Positions 35,925-48,519 of a stretch of 64,000 nt of DNA are shown here, piece after piece. This stretch comes from Mobula hypostoma. Its lineage: Eukaryota. The DNA is taken from NCBI RefSeq assembly GCF_963921235.1, contig NC_086097.1, positions 157,048,001-157,112,000 on the forward strand. Direction: 5' to 3'. How positions within the stretch are numbered: position 1 is the first letter of the stretch; each line of letters opens with the position of its first letter. Below the pieces are notes generated by a model that saw only the letters and a list, made by a program, of their open reading frames with translations, was not told the DNA's origin and made no database searches. The position numbers and the translations under genes were made by a program.

Positions 35925-36290
35925 GGTCAGTATTTTTGGGTCTGTGTCGTAAAGGAGGGAAGGAGAAGAGATCCGACACAGAATGGGAGATCACTTCATC
36001 AAGCACTTTAGTTCCGTCTATCACAAAAGCCAGGATCTTCCAGAGGCCAACCATTTTAATTCCACTTCCCCTTCTCACACAGACATGTCTGTCCACAATC
36101 TTCTCCACTGCCACATGAAATCCGGATGCAGATAGGAACAACCAGACCTTATATTCTGTCTTGGTAGTCCTGTCAGTATTAACTTCAGTTTCTCTAGTTT
36201 CAGTAACTAGACCCTCCAGTTTTTTCCTTATTCCTATGGCCCCATTACACTTTGTCTTTCTGCTCCCCTCACCCTCATAACCTGCCCTTT
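35925..36290 (+). mobile_element. Penelope-like element relic (GIY-YIG C-terminal region)
   Basis: Degenerate RMGDHF.KH..S..P.ANHFNSTSPSHTDMSVH; similar to 40500-40710. Confidence 0.7.
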
Positions 36291-36399
36291 TTTAGGAAGA
36301 GTTCTGTTTGTTGGAGATCTCAGTGGAAGGGAGAAACATACCAAATGAGGAGTAATAATTTAACTTGAAATGGATAAGGCAAAGATTATCAATAAATCA

Positions 36400-36990
36400 A
36401 ATTTCAAATGTCCCAGTAAATTTATTATCAAAGTACATATACAGTATGTCACCATATACAACTCATTTTCTCAATAAATCCAAAAACCATAATATAATCA
36501 ATAAAAGACAGTACCAACAGGGTGACAGCCAGTGTGCAAAAGACAACAGACAGTGCACATATAAAAAGAAAGAAATTTAACAAATAATAATAATGATATT
36601 AATAATAAATATTGAGAAGATGAGATGAAGAGTCCTGGAAAGTGAGTCCAGAGGTTGTGGGAACAATTTAGTGATGGGTCAAGTGAAGTTATTCACTCAA
36701 GTTCAGGAGCCTGATGGATTAGGGGTAATTATTGTTCCTGAACCTGATGGTGTGAATCTTCAGATTCCTGTATCTTCTTCCTGAGGGCAGCAGCAAGAAG
36801 AGAGCATGACCTGGGTGATGAGGATCCTTGATGATGGATGCTGCTTTCCTGAAACTCTGTATAGATGTGCTCAATGGTGATGGACCATCCTATTTGTTGT
36901 AGGATTTTCCACTCAAGGACATTTGTGTTTCTATACCACACTATGATGCAGCCAGTCATATACTCCCCACCACACATCTAGAGAAGATAT
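36400..36990 (-). mobile_element. Rex1/Babar-type LINE 3' fragment
   Basis: MTGCIIVWYRNTN; 3'UTR like 29690-29990. Confidence 0.75.
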
Positions 36991-38647
36991 TACAAATTGT
37001 TATATTATATTTTATTTAATTAGACAAGTCATATGTAAATCATTTTATGAAAATAAATCTTTTGGATGGGAAAGATATTTGATTAAAATGATGTATCAAT
37101 GAACTGTATCAAGATGGAAGTTGTAAATAGGGTAGTGACTACTGGATAACCACTTGATAGCAGTGGTTAAATTGGATTAAAACATGTTCACTTTACAGCA
37201 GGGTAGTTTGCAATCATTGCTAGCTTTCCTTTTAATCTATTCCTTACTATTGGTTGCCAAGGCATCAAAGACAAAGTATTCAACCTAAAGCCAAAAAATA
37301 AAATTCCCTCAAGGCCTTGAGCTTTCTATTTGAAGAGTTACCATAATTCATCAAACTGTTCACAGCTATTCATCTAGCTGTTCAGCACGAGCTCATGTTT
37401 CCTGAGGATTTCTAAGGATAAAGACAAGTGTGTAATTTAACAAAAAAAACCCGAACCAAGGCATAGGCCTAAATACATTACATAGAAAAGTGAAAATACA
37501 GTATTTCTGGATCTGAGCAGGGACAGTACCATCCCCAAAGGGGCAGTTATTATTCCTAAGGTGGTGTTAGGGGAAATGGAAGTCATCAGGGGGTGGTCAA
37601 GATTTTTTTGGGGAGGGAAAGTAAGAGGCACCCTAACTTAAGGCACGAGACATGACCAACCATGTCAACTTGTTGCCATCATCAGCATCCAATAGGCATT
37701 CTCAGTTTGTGTTATTTTTTAAATTTTAATTTAGGCCTTTTAATGATAGATAAGTATATACGACACAAACTCTATGAGTCTGAAGGTGGAGAAGTCTTGA
37801 ATCCTAATCCTGCCAAGAAAGAGAAACTACAGAAAGTGCATCAATACTATGTTATGAACAGAATGGTTTTATTCTGCTCCCATCAGATTAGAGATGCCCC
37901 ATGCGTCTTATTTGTTATACTGTACTGTCTAATGAATCAAGATTGCAGGAACACTTCTGTAAAAGATACCCTAAAGGGATGAAAGGAGTATTTGAAAAGC
38001 ACTGCACACTCGAGTCATTTGCCAAAAACGCTAAAAGTGAGCTTGACCTCATTGCTTGTTATACCCCATTTCCAAAATGATAGAAAAGTGTGGAAAATCT
38101 CATACAATTGGTGAAAGATTAATACAGTAATGCCTTTAATAATAAGGATTAATAGAAGAGGTGCTCACCACTGTTCTCAAAATGGATACCAGTATTTTAA
38201 AACTAATTCCTCTGGGTAATAACTCTAGAACTCATCATATTGACAAATGAGTGAAGACGTTGAGTATCAACTATACACAGAGCTACAAAAAAACAGAAGT
38301 TGGTTTACAACTGGATGATTCAACTATGCAAGACAATGAGACACTGCTAATGGCATATATACAGCTGATCAAAAATGGGTAAGTTTATGAAGAGATTCTC
38401 TTTTGTAAAAGTTAAAAACAAATAACAATGGAGAATCAATCTATGGCAAGTTCAGAATGTATATTGAGGATAAAGGTATTCCAATGAGGAACATGATTTC
38501 TTGTGCACTAAGTGAAGCACCATATATGACAGCTCCCCATGCTGGTTTAGTGGCATTTATCGAAAAAGAAATTCCATGTCTGTTTACAATCTATTGGGTA
38601 ATCAATATCTCGCAGCCAAAAATCTCAGCCAGTGATTTTTTTCAAGC

Positions 38648-38707
38648 TTGATTCTTATGATATTAAAGCTCATCCATTAAATTGATTCTTATGATATTAA
38701 AGCTCAT
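38648..38707 (+). repeat. Tandem duplication with a 34-bp period
   Basis: ttgattcttatgatattaaagctcat at 38648 and 38682. Confidence 0.9.
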
Positions 38708-39125
38708 TAAAATTAATGTTTATCCATTAAACAGTAGTATATTTTGCCAGTTGTGCCAAGATAACAAAGAAGAGTTTTCTTCTTCACACTGAAGTGCATT
38801 GGCTGTAAAGGCTGCTGTTTAAAACATTTCTGTGATTTTTTTACACTCTTTTTGAATTTTTCCTCAAAGTTGACAAGAGTTTTGGAAACAAGATTGAACC
38901 TCTAAGTGGAGATATGGCATACCTAGCCAATCTGTATGACAAAATGAACACTAAATATGAAAATACAGAGTGAGAATTTCAGTTTAATCCAGGCAAGAAG
39001 TGTGGTGTCCACTTTTATCAGAAAATTGGAAAAATATAAACATAATATTGAGAGAAGAATATTCTCACAGTTTTCCTACATGGAAAGTATGGCATTTGTT
39101 TTCACAGATGGTGATTTACAAGAGT

Positions 39126-39255
39126 TGCGATAGACTGGCGTCCTATCCGGGGGGGGGGAGGTCTCATACTCTCAGTCGCTGCACACCACAGAAACCGCAT
39201 AAGCACCAGCCTGATGGGCCACAAAAGGCTCGGGACAGACCTTAACTTTAACTAA
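39126..39255 (+). mobile_element. 5'-truncated SINE or LINE tail inserted in the hAT fossil
   Basis: 13-bp TSD GATTTACAAGAGT/GATTTATAAGAGT; (TTAACT)n-like tail. Confidence 0.8.
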
Positions 39256-40249
39256 GATTTATAAGAGTACTGCTTACACCTCCAGTCACTGAAGAAGGAT
39301 TTTCAGAAAAGATTTAAGAATTTGAATGACCTGGAAATTCCAGACTGGGGTAATTAATCCATTTCTTGGCAAGGTGGAAGAACAGAAGAGAGCTTGCAAG
39401 AAAAAATTATCAAAATTCAGAATGATGAAGAAACAAAAATGCTTTTCAAAATATCGGCTTTTATGGTATGTGACTACACTGTCATACGAAGTTTCCTGGT
39501 TTTTGGAGAAGAGCCAAACTGCTCTTCATTGCATTTCCATCCTCCTACATTGTTGAAAGAGGATTCAATGCAGTGAACCACATATTCACAAAAGTAAAGA
39601 AACCGGTTGGACATTGTTGCGTGGGTGGACAAGGCTTTTGCTGTCACAACTTGAACAAAATATTTCAACTCTTGCTAAAAACCATCAAGCTCAAAGATCA
39701 CATTGATGTCGAAGCTGTTATATAGCACACAGGTACTGAGTAAGCTAAGTTTAAAGACAAATAAAAATGTAAAGTAGTATCATGTTTCTCATGTTAGCAT
39801 AATGTTTTTACACTATGGGGTGTTGGCAAGTATGAAAGTGCTTTAGGGTGACATTAAGCTAAAAAAGTTTGGGAAACTCTGGTACAAACTGAGTCCCCAG
39901 TTCTGTGCATGTGACTTTATTGACATTATTGCAGTGAATCTGAGGATTGAAGCCATAACCCCATAAACATTTACATCTTTGCTTCGAAAGAAATATGCTG
40001 AAATATATTTTTGATAGTTATTTTAATGGTCACGGTCAGTTGTGCAATATGAGTTGGTTTTCATTTGCAGCCAATTGTTCGAATAATAACATTGTTAAAA
40101 TGAGAAACTATTTTGTTCTTAGTTATTTCAAAACATTCTAAACTATGGACATTCACTATTCTTGCTATGGAGGCCTGATGGATCATATGATAATAATTTT
40201 TTAACTATAACACTGTATGGAGCAGAGGAACGGGAATCGGATCCTACCA

Positions 40250-41065
40250 TTTAGTATGTACTTCCCTTCCCCCCACTCTGCTTTCTGTAAGGATCAGTTT
40301 CCATGTGACACCTTTGTCCACTCATCCCTCTCAACTGATCTCCCTCCTGGAACTTAACCCCTGCAAGTGTGACAAGTGCTACACCTCTTCCCTCACTAAC
40401 ATTCAGGGCCCCAAAAAATCCTTCCAGGTAAGGAAACACTTCACCTGTGAGTCTGTTGCAGTCACAGGTACAGCCTCCTGTACATCACTGAGAACTGATT
40501 TAAATTGAGGACTGCTTTGTTGAGAATCATTGCCTGTCCAGTGCAAAAGGCAGGTTCTCTGAGTTGCTACTCATTCATTTCAACTTCCCATTCACGTTCT
40601 GACGCGTCTGTTCATGGCCTCCTCTACTGCCATGAGAAGCAACTATTTATATTCCATCTGGGTAGCCTCCAACCTAATGGCATGAACAACAATATCTACA
40701 ACTTGAAGTAATTTCTCTCCCTCCTTCTCTCTTTTACCACCCCTGACTCTGGGCACCCTCTCACCCCTTCTCCTCATCTCCTTCTAGTTCACCTCCTCCT
40801 TCCCTTTCTTCTATGGCCTAATGTCCTCTGTCAGAATCATTCATCTTCCACAGCTTCTTACTTCAAACCCCTCCCCTGCCAAAGCACTTTCCCCCTCAGC
40901 TGGCCTCACCTATCACCTGCCCACTCGTACTCATCCCAACTTCCACACTTTCTTATTTTGGCTTCCACTGCTCTTGCCCAAAACATTGACTGTTTATTTC
41001 TCTCCCCAGATGCTCTCTAGCCTGCTGAGCTCCTCCAGCACTTTGTGTGCATTGCTCCAGATTTA
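40250..41065 (+). mobile_element. Penelope-like element relic
   Basis: PCKCDKC..SLTNIQGPKKSFQVRKHFTCES; HSRSDASVHGLLYCH..IFHLGSLQPNGMN; pLTR-like 3' end. Confidence 0.8.
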
Positions 41066-41124
41066 ATAGAAAGAGATACTGGCCTCAGGGTAAAAGATAA
41101 AGTCATTTAAGAGGCAGCTGTTAA

Positions 41125-41300
41125 TCATAGAATACAGAGGAGACTGTTATTGCTGGAACCTGGAGCTGAAGGAACTCTGTCAGAGGGAACGAGTTGTTTA
41201 TGTTTCAGGTTGAGACCTGATGCAGGGTTTCAGCCCAAAATTTCAACAATTCATTTCCTCCCACAGTGTTTCTTGGCACACTGAATTGCTCCAGCAGATT
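41125..41300. mobile_element. Penelope-derived palindromic mini-element
   Basis: Inverted arms around cctgatgcagggtttcagcccaaaa. Confidence 0.55.
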
Positions 41301-41329
41301 ATTGGTTGCAGCTGACAGTCATAGTCAGG

Positions 41330-41595
41330 ATTATCACTTCAGTGTATAGAGCCAAAGAATTAAACAGTATGAAAACAAAGCCTATGGCCAAGGTCTTCTG
41401 TGACAGCCCAAGGTTCCTTCCTGAGTTATTCCCATTGGCCTGAATTTGGCTCATATCCCTTTGAAACTTTCCTATCCATGAATCATTCCAAATGTTTTTA
41501 CCCTCTCCCACCTCCTCTGGCAGCTTATTCCATATACACACCCAACTCTTGCCCCTCAGAGGTCCTTCTTAGATCCTTTCCCTCTCACCTTAAAT
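41330..41595 (-). mobile_element. CR1 tail fragment
   Basis: ORF 41299..41541 begins CIWNKLPEEV. Confidence 0.7.
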
Positions 41596-42027
41596 GGAGA
41601 CAAATTGGCACAAGCAGAGGCAAGCAGAGATAGCTGCAGAATGATGCTTCTCACTGGGAGATGTACTCCCCATGCAGCAAGCCAAGTGCTGCTAGACACT
41701 TGTTATGACAGAAAAGTAATGTGCTGCCTGGAGCTTTCCAATTTGCTGCAAACTTCCGAGTAAAAGCTTCTTAATTGCATGACAGCTTTACAGTTCCAGA
41801 TTGTTTAAAGATGTTCATAATGAGATGCAAGTAAAATGCTGGACTATTATAAAATGCTCCAAAGTAAAACTAAAGACAAGGAGCTGCCTTGGCTGATTAT
41901 ATATTTAAAATCGGCTATGCAATCAAGAAACTAGTGCGAACAGTAAGGGAGCATTATGCTATGATTTTTAAGAAAGATGAAGGAATAATCAAATAAAAAC
42001 ATATAAAATAGTTAAATAGTTTGGACA

Positions 42028-42280
42028 ATGGACCCATGACACTACCTCAGTATACTTTTCCTCCTTTTTGCACTACTTATTTAATTTACTATATATCTGT
42101 ACAAAAGTCAGGTGTATATATATACACATATACATACACACATATATATAAACTGTATAGCTATGGTGTCTAAGACTTTTGCACAGTACTGTATTAATAT
42201 TATGATTTACTGTGCTGCTGCCACAAAAAAAAACAATTTCATATGATCTGGGAGGCATTATAATCCTGATTCTGATATGA
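42028..42280 (+). mobile_element. Rex1/Babar 3'UTR interrupted by a Tc1-type MITE (~42098-42193)
   Basis: 3'UTR like 2790-3000. MITE right TIR GGTGTCTAAGACTTTTGCACAGTACTGTA, partial left TIR TGTACAAAAGTC. Confidence 0.7.
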
Positions 42281-42529
42281 GTCTCTGTTGTGGACTGAGA
42301 GTGCGAAGGGGGCAGGGAGAGGGGAGGGAGTGGGAAGCACCAGAGAGACATTCTGTAACAAAAAATAAACCAATTGTTTTGAATCAAATGACGTTGCCTG
42401 GTGTCTCAGGGCTGGGTGTGTCTGCAGCTGCACCACCCCCTGCCCATTGCACCTCTTGTCTGCCACCTGTCCCATGTCCCTCTCATAGTGCTCCATTTTC
42501 TCCAGCCCCAACATCCTTTGCTCCCACCA

Positions 42530-44582
42530 CAAAAAGAGAACCTATACATCAGGAGCCAGAGAGGAATTGAAACATGTGCAGAGGGAGCTAACAGAGAAGG
42601 TCAAGGTGGCTAAAGAGGAATACAGGAGAGAGCTGGAGAGCAAGCTCACAGGAGGTGTGGAGAGGCTTGAAGAACATCACTGGCTTCAATCAGCCGAGCT
42701 GTTGAGCCTCAGAATGCAGCCATGAATGAGCTAGTGAGTTAAACTAATTCCTTAATAAGTTTGACAATTGTACTCCTGTTCACACCCCCTCAGCACACCA
42801 GTTCTGGTGCAGAAGCACCCAATACTCCCTCAGCACCAACATCTCCTCTCCTCTCTCCTCTCTCCTCCCCCTCCCCCTCCCCCCTCCAATTCGACATGTG
42901 GATGAAAAATCGGGCTACTATTGTCTACATCCCTTCCTTGCCCTGCACCTGCCATCCGCACCTCTACATTGTAACTGCTATCATCCCAATCTTCACCTCC
43001 CCCAGTCCCCACCTTCCACCAATTCCCCAGTCACCATGGACTCACCTTCACAACTGAGCAGGTGAGAAGGGCTCTGGGGAAACTCAGACACGGCAAAGCA
43101 TTGGGATCTGATGGTGCGAACCCCAAGGTCCTAAAGGAGTGTGCTGAGCAGCGGTATGGAGTTTTCCAGGCATTTTCAATATGAGTCTCAGCCAGGAAAG
43201 AGTCCTGACTCTGTGGCAAACATTATGTGTGGTCCCACTAACCAAGAGGGGCCAACTGAAAGTCTTGAATGACTACCGCCTAGTGGCCCTGAACTCACAT
43301 ATCATGAAGACCCTAGAGAGGCTGGTCCTGCCTTACGTCCAGCCCCTGGCCAGATCAGCCTTTGATCCCCTGCAGTTTGCCTACCAGGAACATATTTCAG
43401 TCGACAATTCCATCATCTACCTGCTGAGCATAGCCTACTTCCATTTGGATAAGCAAGGCAGCACTGTGAGGATCATGTTTTTTGATTTCTCAAGTGCCTT
43501 CAATAGTATAAAGCCCTCATTGCTGGGGGGAAAGCTCTGTTCAATGCAGACTGGCACTTCCCTTGTATTCTGGATACCCGACTGGCAGACCGCAGTTTGT
43601 ACGGCTTCAGAGCTGTGTGTCAGACATAGCTATAAGCAGCACTGGGGCCCCACAGGGGACTGTATTGGATCCATTCCTGTTTACCCTGTATACCTCGGAC
43701 TTTAGATACAACACTGAGTCATGTCATCTGCAGAAATTCTCTGAATACTTAGCAATAGTTAGGTGTATAAAGGGAGGACAGGAGGATGAATACAGGGCCC
43801 TGGTGGAGGATTTTGTCAAATGGTGCAAGCTGAATCATCTGCAGCTCAACATTGTAAGACAAAGGAAATGGATATGGACTTTAGGAAGACCAGGCCTGCT
43901 CTGCTCCCTGTTACTACCAATAGTGACTAAGTGGATGTGGTGAGGACCTACAAGAACCTGGGGATGCAGCTGGATGACAGCCTTGAGTGGAGTACCAAGA
44001 CTGCTGAATACAAGAAGGGCCAGGGTCAACACTACTTCCTGAGGAGACTGAAGTCCTTTGGAGTGTGCAGGCCTCTTCTTCACATGTTCTACCAATCTGT
44101 TGTTGCCAGTACAATCTTATGGTATGCTGGGGCAATAACATCAACACAGGTGATGCCGACAGACTCAATAAATTGATTTGAAAAGCTGGTTCTGTTATCA
44201 GAGTCAAACTGGACTCATTGGAGGCTGTGGTAGAACATAGGACCTTGTGAAAAATCCTGGCAATTCTGGACAATGTTTCTCACCCTCTGCATGCTACCTT
44301 GGCTGAACAGAGGAGCACTTTTAGTGATAGATTAAGACAGCTGTGCTGCTTCAAAGAGTGCTATATGAGGTCGTTCTTACCCTCAGCTATTAGGCTCTAT
44401 AATGAGTCAACCTCGATCCGGGGAAGTGATGACCCCTCCTGTTAGACTATTTGCGGCAACTTACTGTTTTTTTATTCTTTCTACTTCTCTTTTAATATTT
44501 ACTGTATATCTGTGCACTTGTAATGCTACTGTGACATTGTAATTTCCTTTGAGATCAATAAAGTATCTGTCTATTTATCTAA
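42530..44582 (+). mobile_element. Rex1-type LINE (RT pseudogene) with 3' tail
   Basis: NDYRLVALNSHIMKTLERL, DPLQFAY, FFDFSSAFN, GAPQGTVL.PFLFTLYTSDF. Tail aataaagtatctgtctatttatct. Confidence 0.92.
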
Positions 44583-44619
44583 CTATTTACAAACTCGCTG
44601 TCCACTCCACATTGACAAA

Positions 44620-44652
44620 TACAGTACTGTGCATTGGTGTTAGGCTCCCTAG

Positions 44653-44689
<37 letters not shown>

Positions 44690-44692
44690 TAA

Positions 44693-44747
<55 letters not shown>

Positions 44748-44766
44748 AATGACTTTTGCACAGTTC
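44620..44766. mobile_element. Tc1/mariner-type MITE filled with a (CA)n-(AT)n-(GT)n palindrome
   Basis: TACAGTACTGTGCA...GACTTTTGCACAGT termini; same TIR as 42165-42193. Confidence 0.7.
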
Positions 44767-45914
44767 CATAGATGCAGTGAATCTAGAGTAAATATTTGCC
44801 CTTGATAACATATGCTTAATGTGTACTAGAAGTGCACATGTAAAATGCGGTCTGCTTCTTAAATTTAGTTTCTGTGTTGTACTGAGCTGCATCCGCAACA
44901 TTCTGCAGTTTTGTTTGATCTTGGGTAAGGGACTTGCCATACCAAGCATGATACATAGAGATAGGATGCTTTCTCTTTTATATTGATAAAAACGTGAGGA
45001 TTGAAGGGGTAATGACTTATAAATCTGTAATGAAATGGCAATAATAAAAATATGATATAAGGTCTGGGCACATAATATTCACATGCACAAAAATATTCAG
45101 CAGTTAAAATATGTATGGTATTATTGTGATTAGGAAACTTATTGTAGTGTTAAATAACTCTAACTAGTTATTGCCAAGTGTGACAAGGACAGAATATAAC
45201 TAGTTAGAGCAGAGAGGTTCAACTTGGGAGGCTGAACAATTTAGTAGAGTTGAGAATCTGTTTTGTTAGAGTTGATGGTGGAACTCAGATGTGCGGAGTT
45301 GAATTTCCTGAAGTACTTTGGATTTGTCCTTTCAGTGTTGTACCTGAATGGAGGGCACATGTCACAGAGCCCCATTGTTCTGAACTGGATGTTGATCTAA
45401 ATTAGAGGAGACATTACAGATACAGATATATTTTAAATCTCATTTACCCCTGATGTTTTTGATTAATTTCCATCAGTTAGCCTTAAGATTTTTTATAACA
45501 TGTTTGTTTTCGTTTTTAAATGTACATTATGTTTCTGGGTGGCTGGGCAACAGAAAGGTCACATTGATCTGTGCATTGCATTGATTAAAGGTAATATCGT
45601 TTTCTTGTCTTGAACTATCATTTACCACTGGGTCAGAGTGACAAGAACTTAAGAGTGTATCATTACTGAAACAGTCACTGATAAATTTAGATGCTTTATA
45701 AGATAAAGCACCTAAATACTCATCATGCAGAAGTATGTTAGAACAATGAAGAATACGAAAAACATAAAATAACATCAAATCAATCACACTTATCCACCTT
45801 ACATGCACAACGATCACTAAGATTTTTCTTTAAACTCACCTACACTGTTTGTACTGGTGGGTCATCCAAAGAATATTCCCAAGACACAACCCTCGTATCT
45901 AAATTTACCACATA

Positions 45915-46096
45915 CAGTTGAGGTCAGTTCATTGGCTATATTTAAGAGGGAGTTAGATATGGCCCTTGTGGCTAAAGGGATCAGGGGGTATGGAGGGAAG
46001 GCAGGTACAGGGTTCTGAGTTGGATGATCAGCCATGATCATACTGAATGGGAGTACAGGCTTGAAGGTCTGATTGGCCTACTCCTGCACCTATTTT
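45915..46096 (+). mobile_element. CR1 3' tail
   Basis: ggcctactcctgcacctattttctatttttctatgtttctat. Confidence 0.85.
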
Positions 46097-46154
46097 CTAT
46101 TTTTCTATGTTTCTATAATTATTAAAGCTTCTATTAAATCACATTAAAATCCTT

Positions 46155-47060
46155 TGATTCAAAAGTACAGAATAATTTTTTAAAATCAGATTACATACAT
46201 GCCACCACATACAACCCTGAGATTCTTTTTCCTGTGGGCATACTTACCAGACCTATAGGGCAGTAAATTTAAACAGGATCAATGAACAACAAATTGTACA
46301 AATGCAGATATAAATAAATAGCAACAAATAACAAGAGCATGAAATAACAAGATAAAGAATCCTTAAAGAGAGACCATCGGTTGTGGGAACATCAGAAATA
46401 CAATGAGTGTTTTATCCCCTTTTGTTCAAGAGCCTGTTGGCTGAGGGGTAGTAACTGTTCTTGAACCTGGTGGTGCGAGTCCTGAGGCTCCTGTACCTCT
46501 TACTTTCTACCTGATGGCAGAAAGGAGCATGGCGTGGGTGGTGAGGATATTTGACGATGGATGCTGCCTTCCTATGGCAACTTTTCATGTAGATGTGCTC
46601 AATGGTTGGAAGGGCTTTATCCATGATAAACTGGGCTGAATCCATTATCTTTTGTAGGATTTACCGATCAAGCGCATTGGCGTTCTGTACCAGGCCATAA
46701 TGAAGCCAGTCAGCACACTTTCCATCACACATCTGTAGAAGTTTCCCAAGGTTTTTGATGATATGCTGAATTCCCACAAACTCCTGAGGAAGCAGAGGCA
46801 ATGTTGTGCTTTCTTTGCTATTATATTTATATGATAGGTCCTGGACAGCTCTTCAGAGACAGTGACACCCAGAAATTTAAAGTTACTGACCCTCACCTCC
46901 TCTGATCCTCCTATGAGTACTGGCTCATGGACCTCTGTTTCCCTCTCCTGAAGACTATAATCTGTTCCTTGGTTGTATTGACATTGTGGGAATGGTTGGT
47001 GTTATTACACCACTCAGCCAAATTTTCAATCTCCCTCCTGTATGCTGATTTATCACTGTT
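46155..47060 (-). mobile_element. Rex1/Babar-type LINE 3' fragment
   Basis: RVSNFKFLGVTVSEEL; FYRCVMESVLTG; RYRSLRTRTTRFKNSYYPSANRLLN. Confidence 0.88.
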
Positions 47061-47064
47061 GGTA

Positions 47065-47430
47065 GAATGAAATTGTCAAAATGAACTTGGCACGGGCAAA
47101 GTGTTGTCAAATAAAATTTAAACCAGTTGTGTAACTTAGGAAGTCAAATATGGGTAGGACATAGATAGTGTGAGGAAGGAATTTTAAAGGGAATTTGAGG
47201 GTGAGGGTTTTTTTCGAGGGAGGGTTTGATATCTGGGGAACATGCTGCCAGGTGAAATACTGGAAACAAATGCAACTACTACATTCAAAACAAACTTAGA
47301 CAGTCGCTTAAATAGGTAACACTGAATGATACAGACCAAATCAGGCAATGGAATTAGTGCAGAGGAGCAATTTGGCCAGCATGGATATTATGGGCCAAAT
47401 GGTCTACTTCTGTGTTATGTAACTCGATGA
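47065..47430 (+). mobile_element. Old CR1 3' fragment
   Basis: Degenerate RT end and tail (tgggccaaatggtctacttctgtgttatgtaactc). Confidence 0.6.
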
Positions 47431-48519
47431 CTAATTCTAAAGCTAATGACTTATCTACAATGTTTTCCACATAGTATGATTAAGCATAATAAATCAAAGC
47501 TAAGACAACCTTGGGATGCACTACTACCAGCTTTATTGTTATGGTCAATCACTGATTCACTGCTAGCCTTAGCAGACATGTCAAAGTTTGTCATTTTGCA
47601 CTTGGACATTATGAGCTTCTTTCCTTCGATTCTTTCTCTTTAGTCCTAACTGCAATGAATCGTATTGGCATTATGTACAGTTGTCAGTGAATTCCAATAC
47701 TTCATTCAGGACTGGGTAATTGATTGTGTAAGGCATCTCTGCTTTATCTGAACTTATTATCACTTAAAATTCTCGAGTGTCAATCTGTCTTCAGAAGTTA
47801 CTGACATGGCAATTAGACATGAGTATCTCTCCCATTTTATCCAATAGACTGTATAGTTAATTTTGCCTCCCCTTCTTTCTTAGATGAGGTCAACATACCA
47901 AGTGCTGAACGTGAGTGGAAATAGCACTCATAAGTCATGTCATATTGAAGGCTGCAGTTATTGCTAAATGATCAGAGAGTTACTTTACCTTTCCTCCTAT
48001 ACAACTAAAAACCTGGCATTCTGAGTGACGCTTTGGCTGTTTCCAAGGTGATAAAAACTTGACACATTGCATCAATGTAAGCAAGTAACAAACATAATTT
48101 AAACAAAATGTTTCCCCCCATTTAATGTACCCCTGGATATTAAGTTAGTTAAAACATTATTACGGAAATAGATTCTTAATGGCCATACCAATTATTTTGG
48201 CATAACATGTTCTGTTTTGTTATCAGTATGATTTTGCCTCCCACTCATAATCAACATTCACAAATATGATATATTATCCATTGAGAATTCACAATTCGAT
48301 ATACGTTCAGACTGTAGGTGATTGCAATAATGGAACTTGGTCAAACCTGACAAAAAAATAAGGCACACACATTTGTTTATCTGCTCAATGTTGTCAGAGG
48401 AAACAAGTGACATTAAAATGTATTCCATCTGGCATGCCCTATGTTTTCCTTTATTTGTTTCATAGGATTATTGAAAGCAATTTAATTGTTCTTGTTTATT
48501 ATTTCCTGTCTTAATTACC

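Larger units (their letters stand above)
37517..39881 (+). mobile_element. Fossil hAT (Buster/Charlie, ZBED5/SCAND3-like) transposon with a decayed transposase
   Basis: IPLGNNS..MSEDVEYQLYTELQKTEVGLQLDDSTMQDNETLLMAY near 38205-38365; LLLHTEVHWL-like near 38780; right TIR GTTTGGGAAACTCTG. Left end uncertain. Confidence 0.8.

Noticed and set aside
37517..39881. Domesticated ZBED/SCAND3-like host gene
   Set aside because: Many stops and frameshifts, a SINE insertion and a retained TIR indicate a dead transposon.
44579..44949. ORFs with HTHT/CVCV runs
   Set aside because: Translations of dinucleotide microsatellites.
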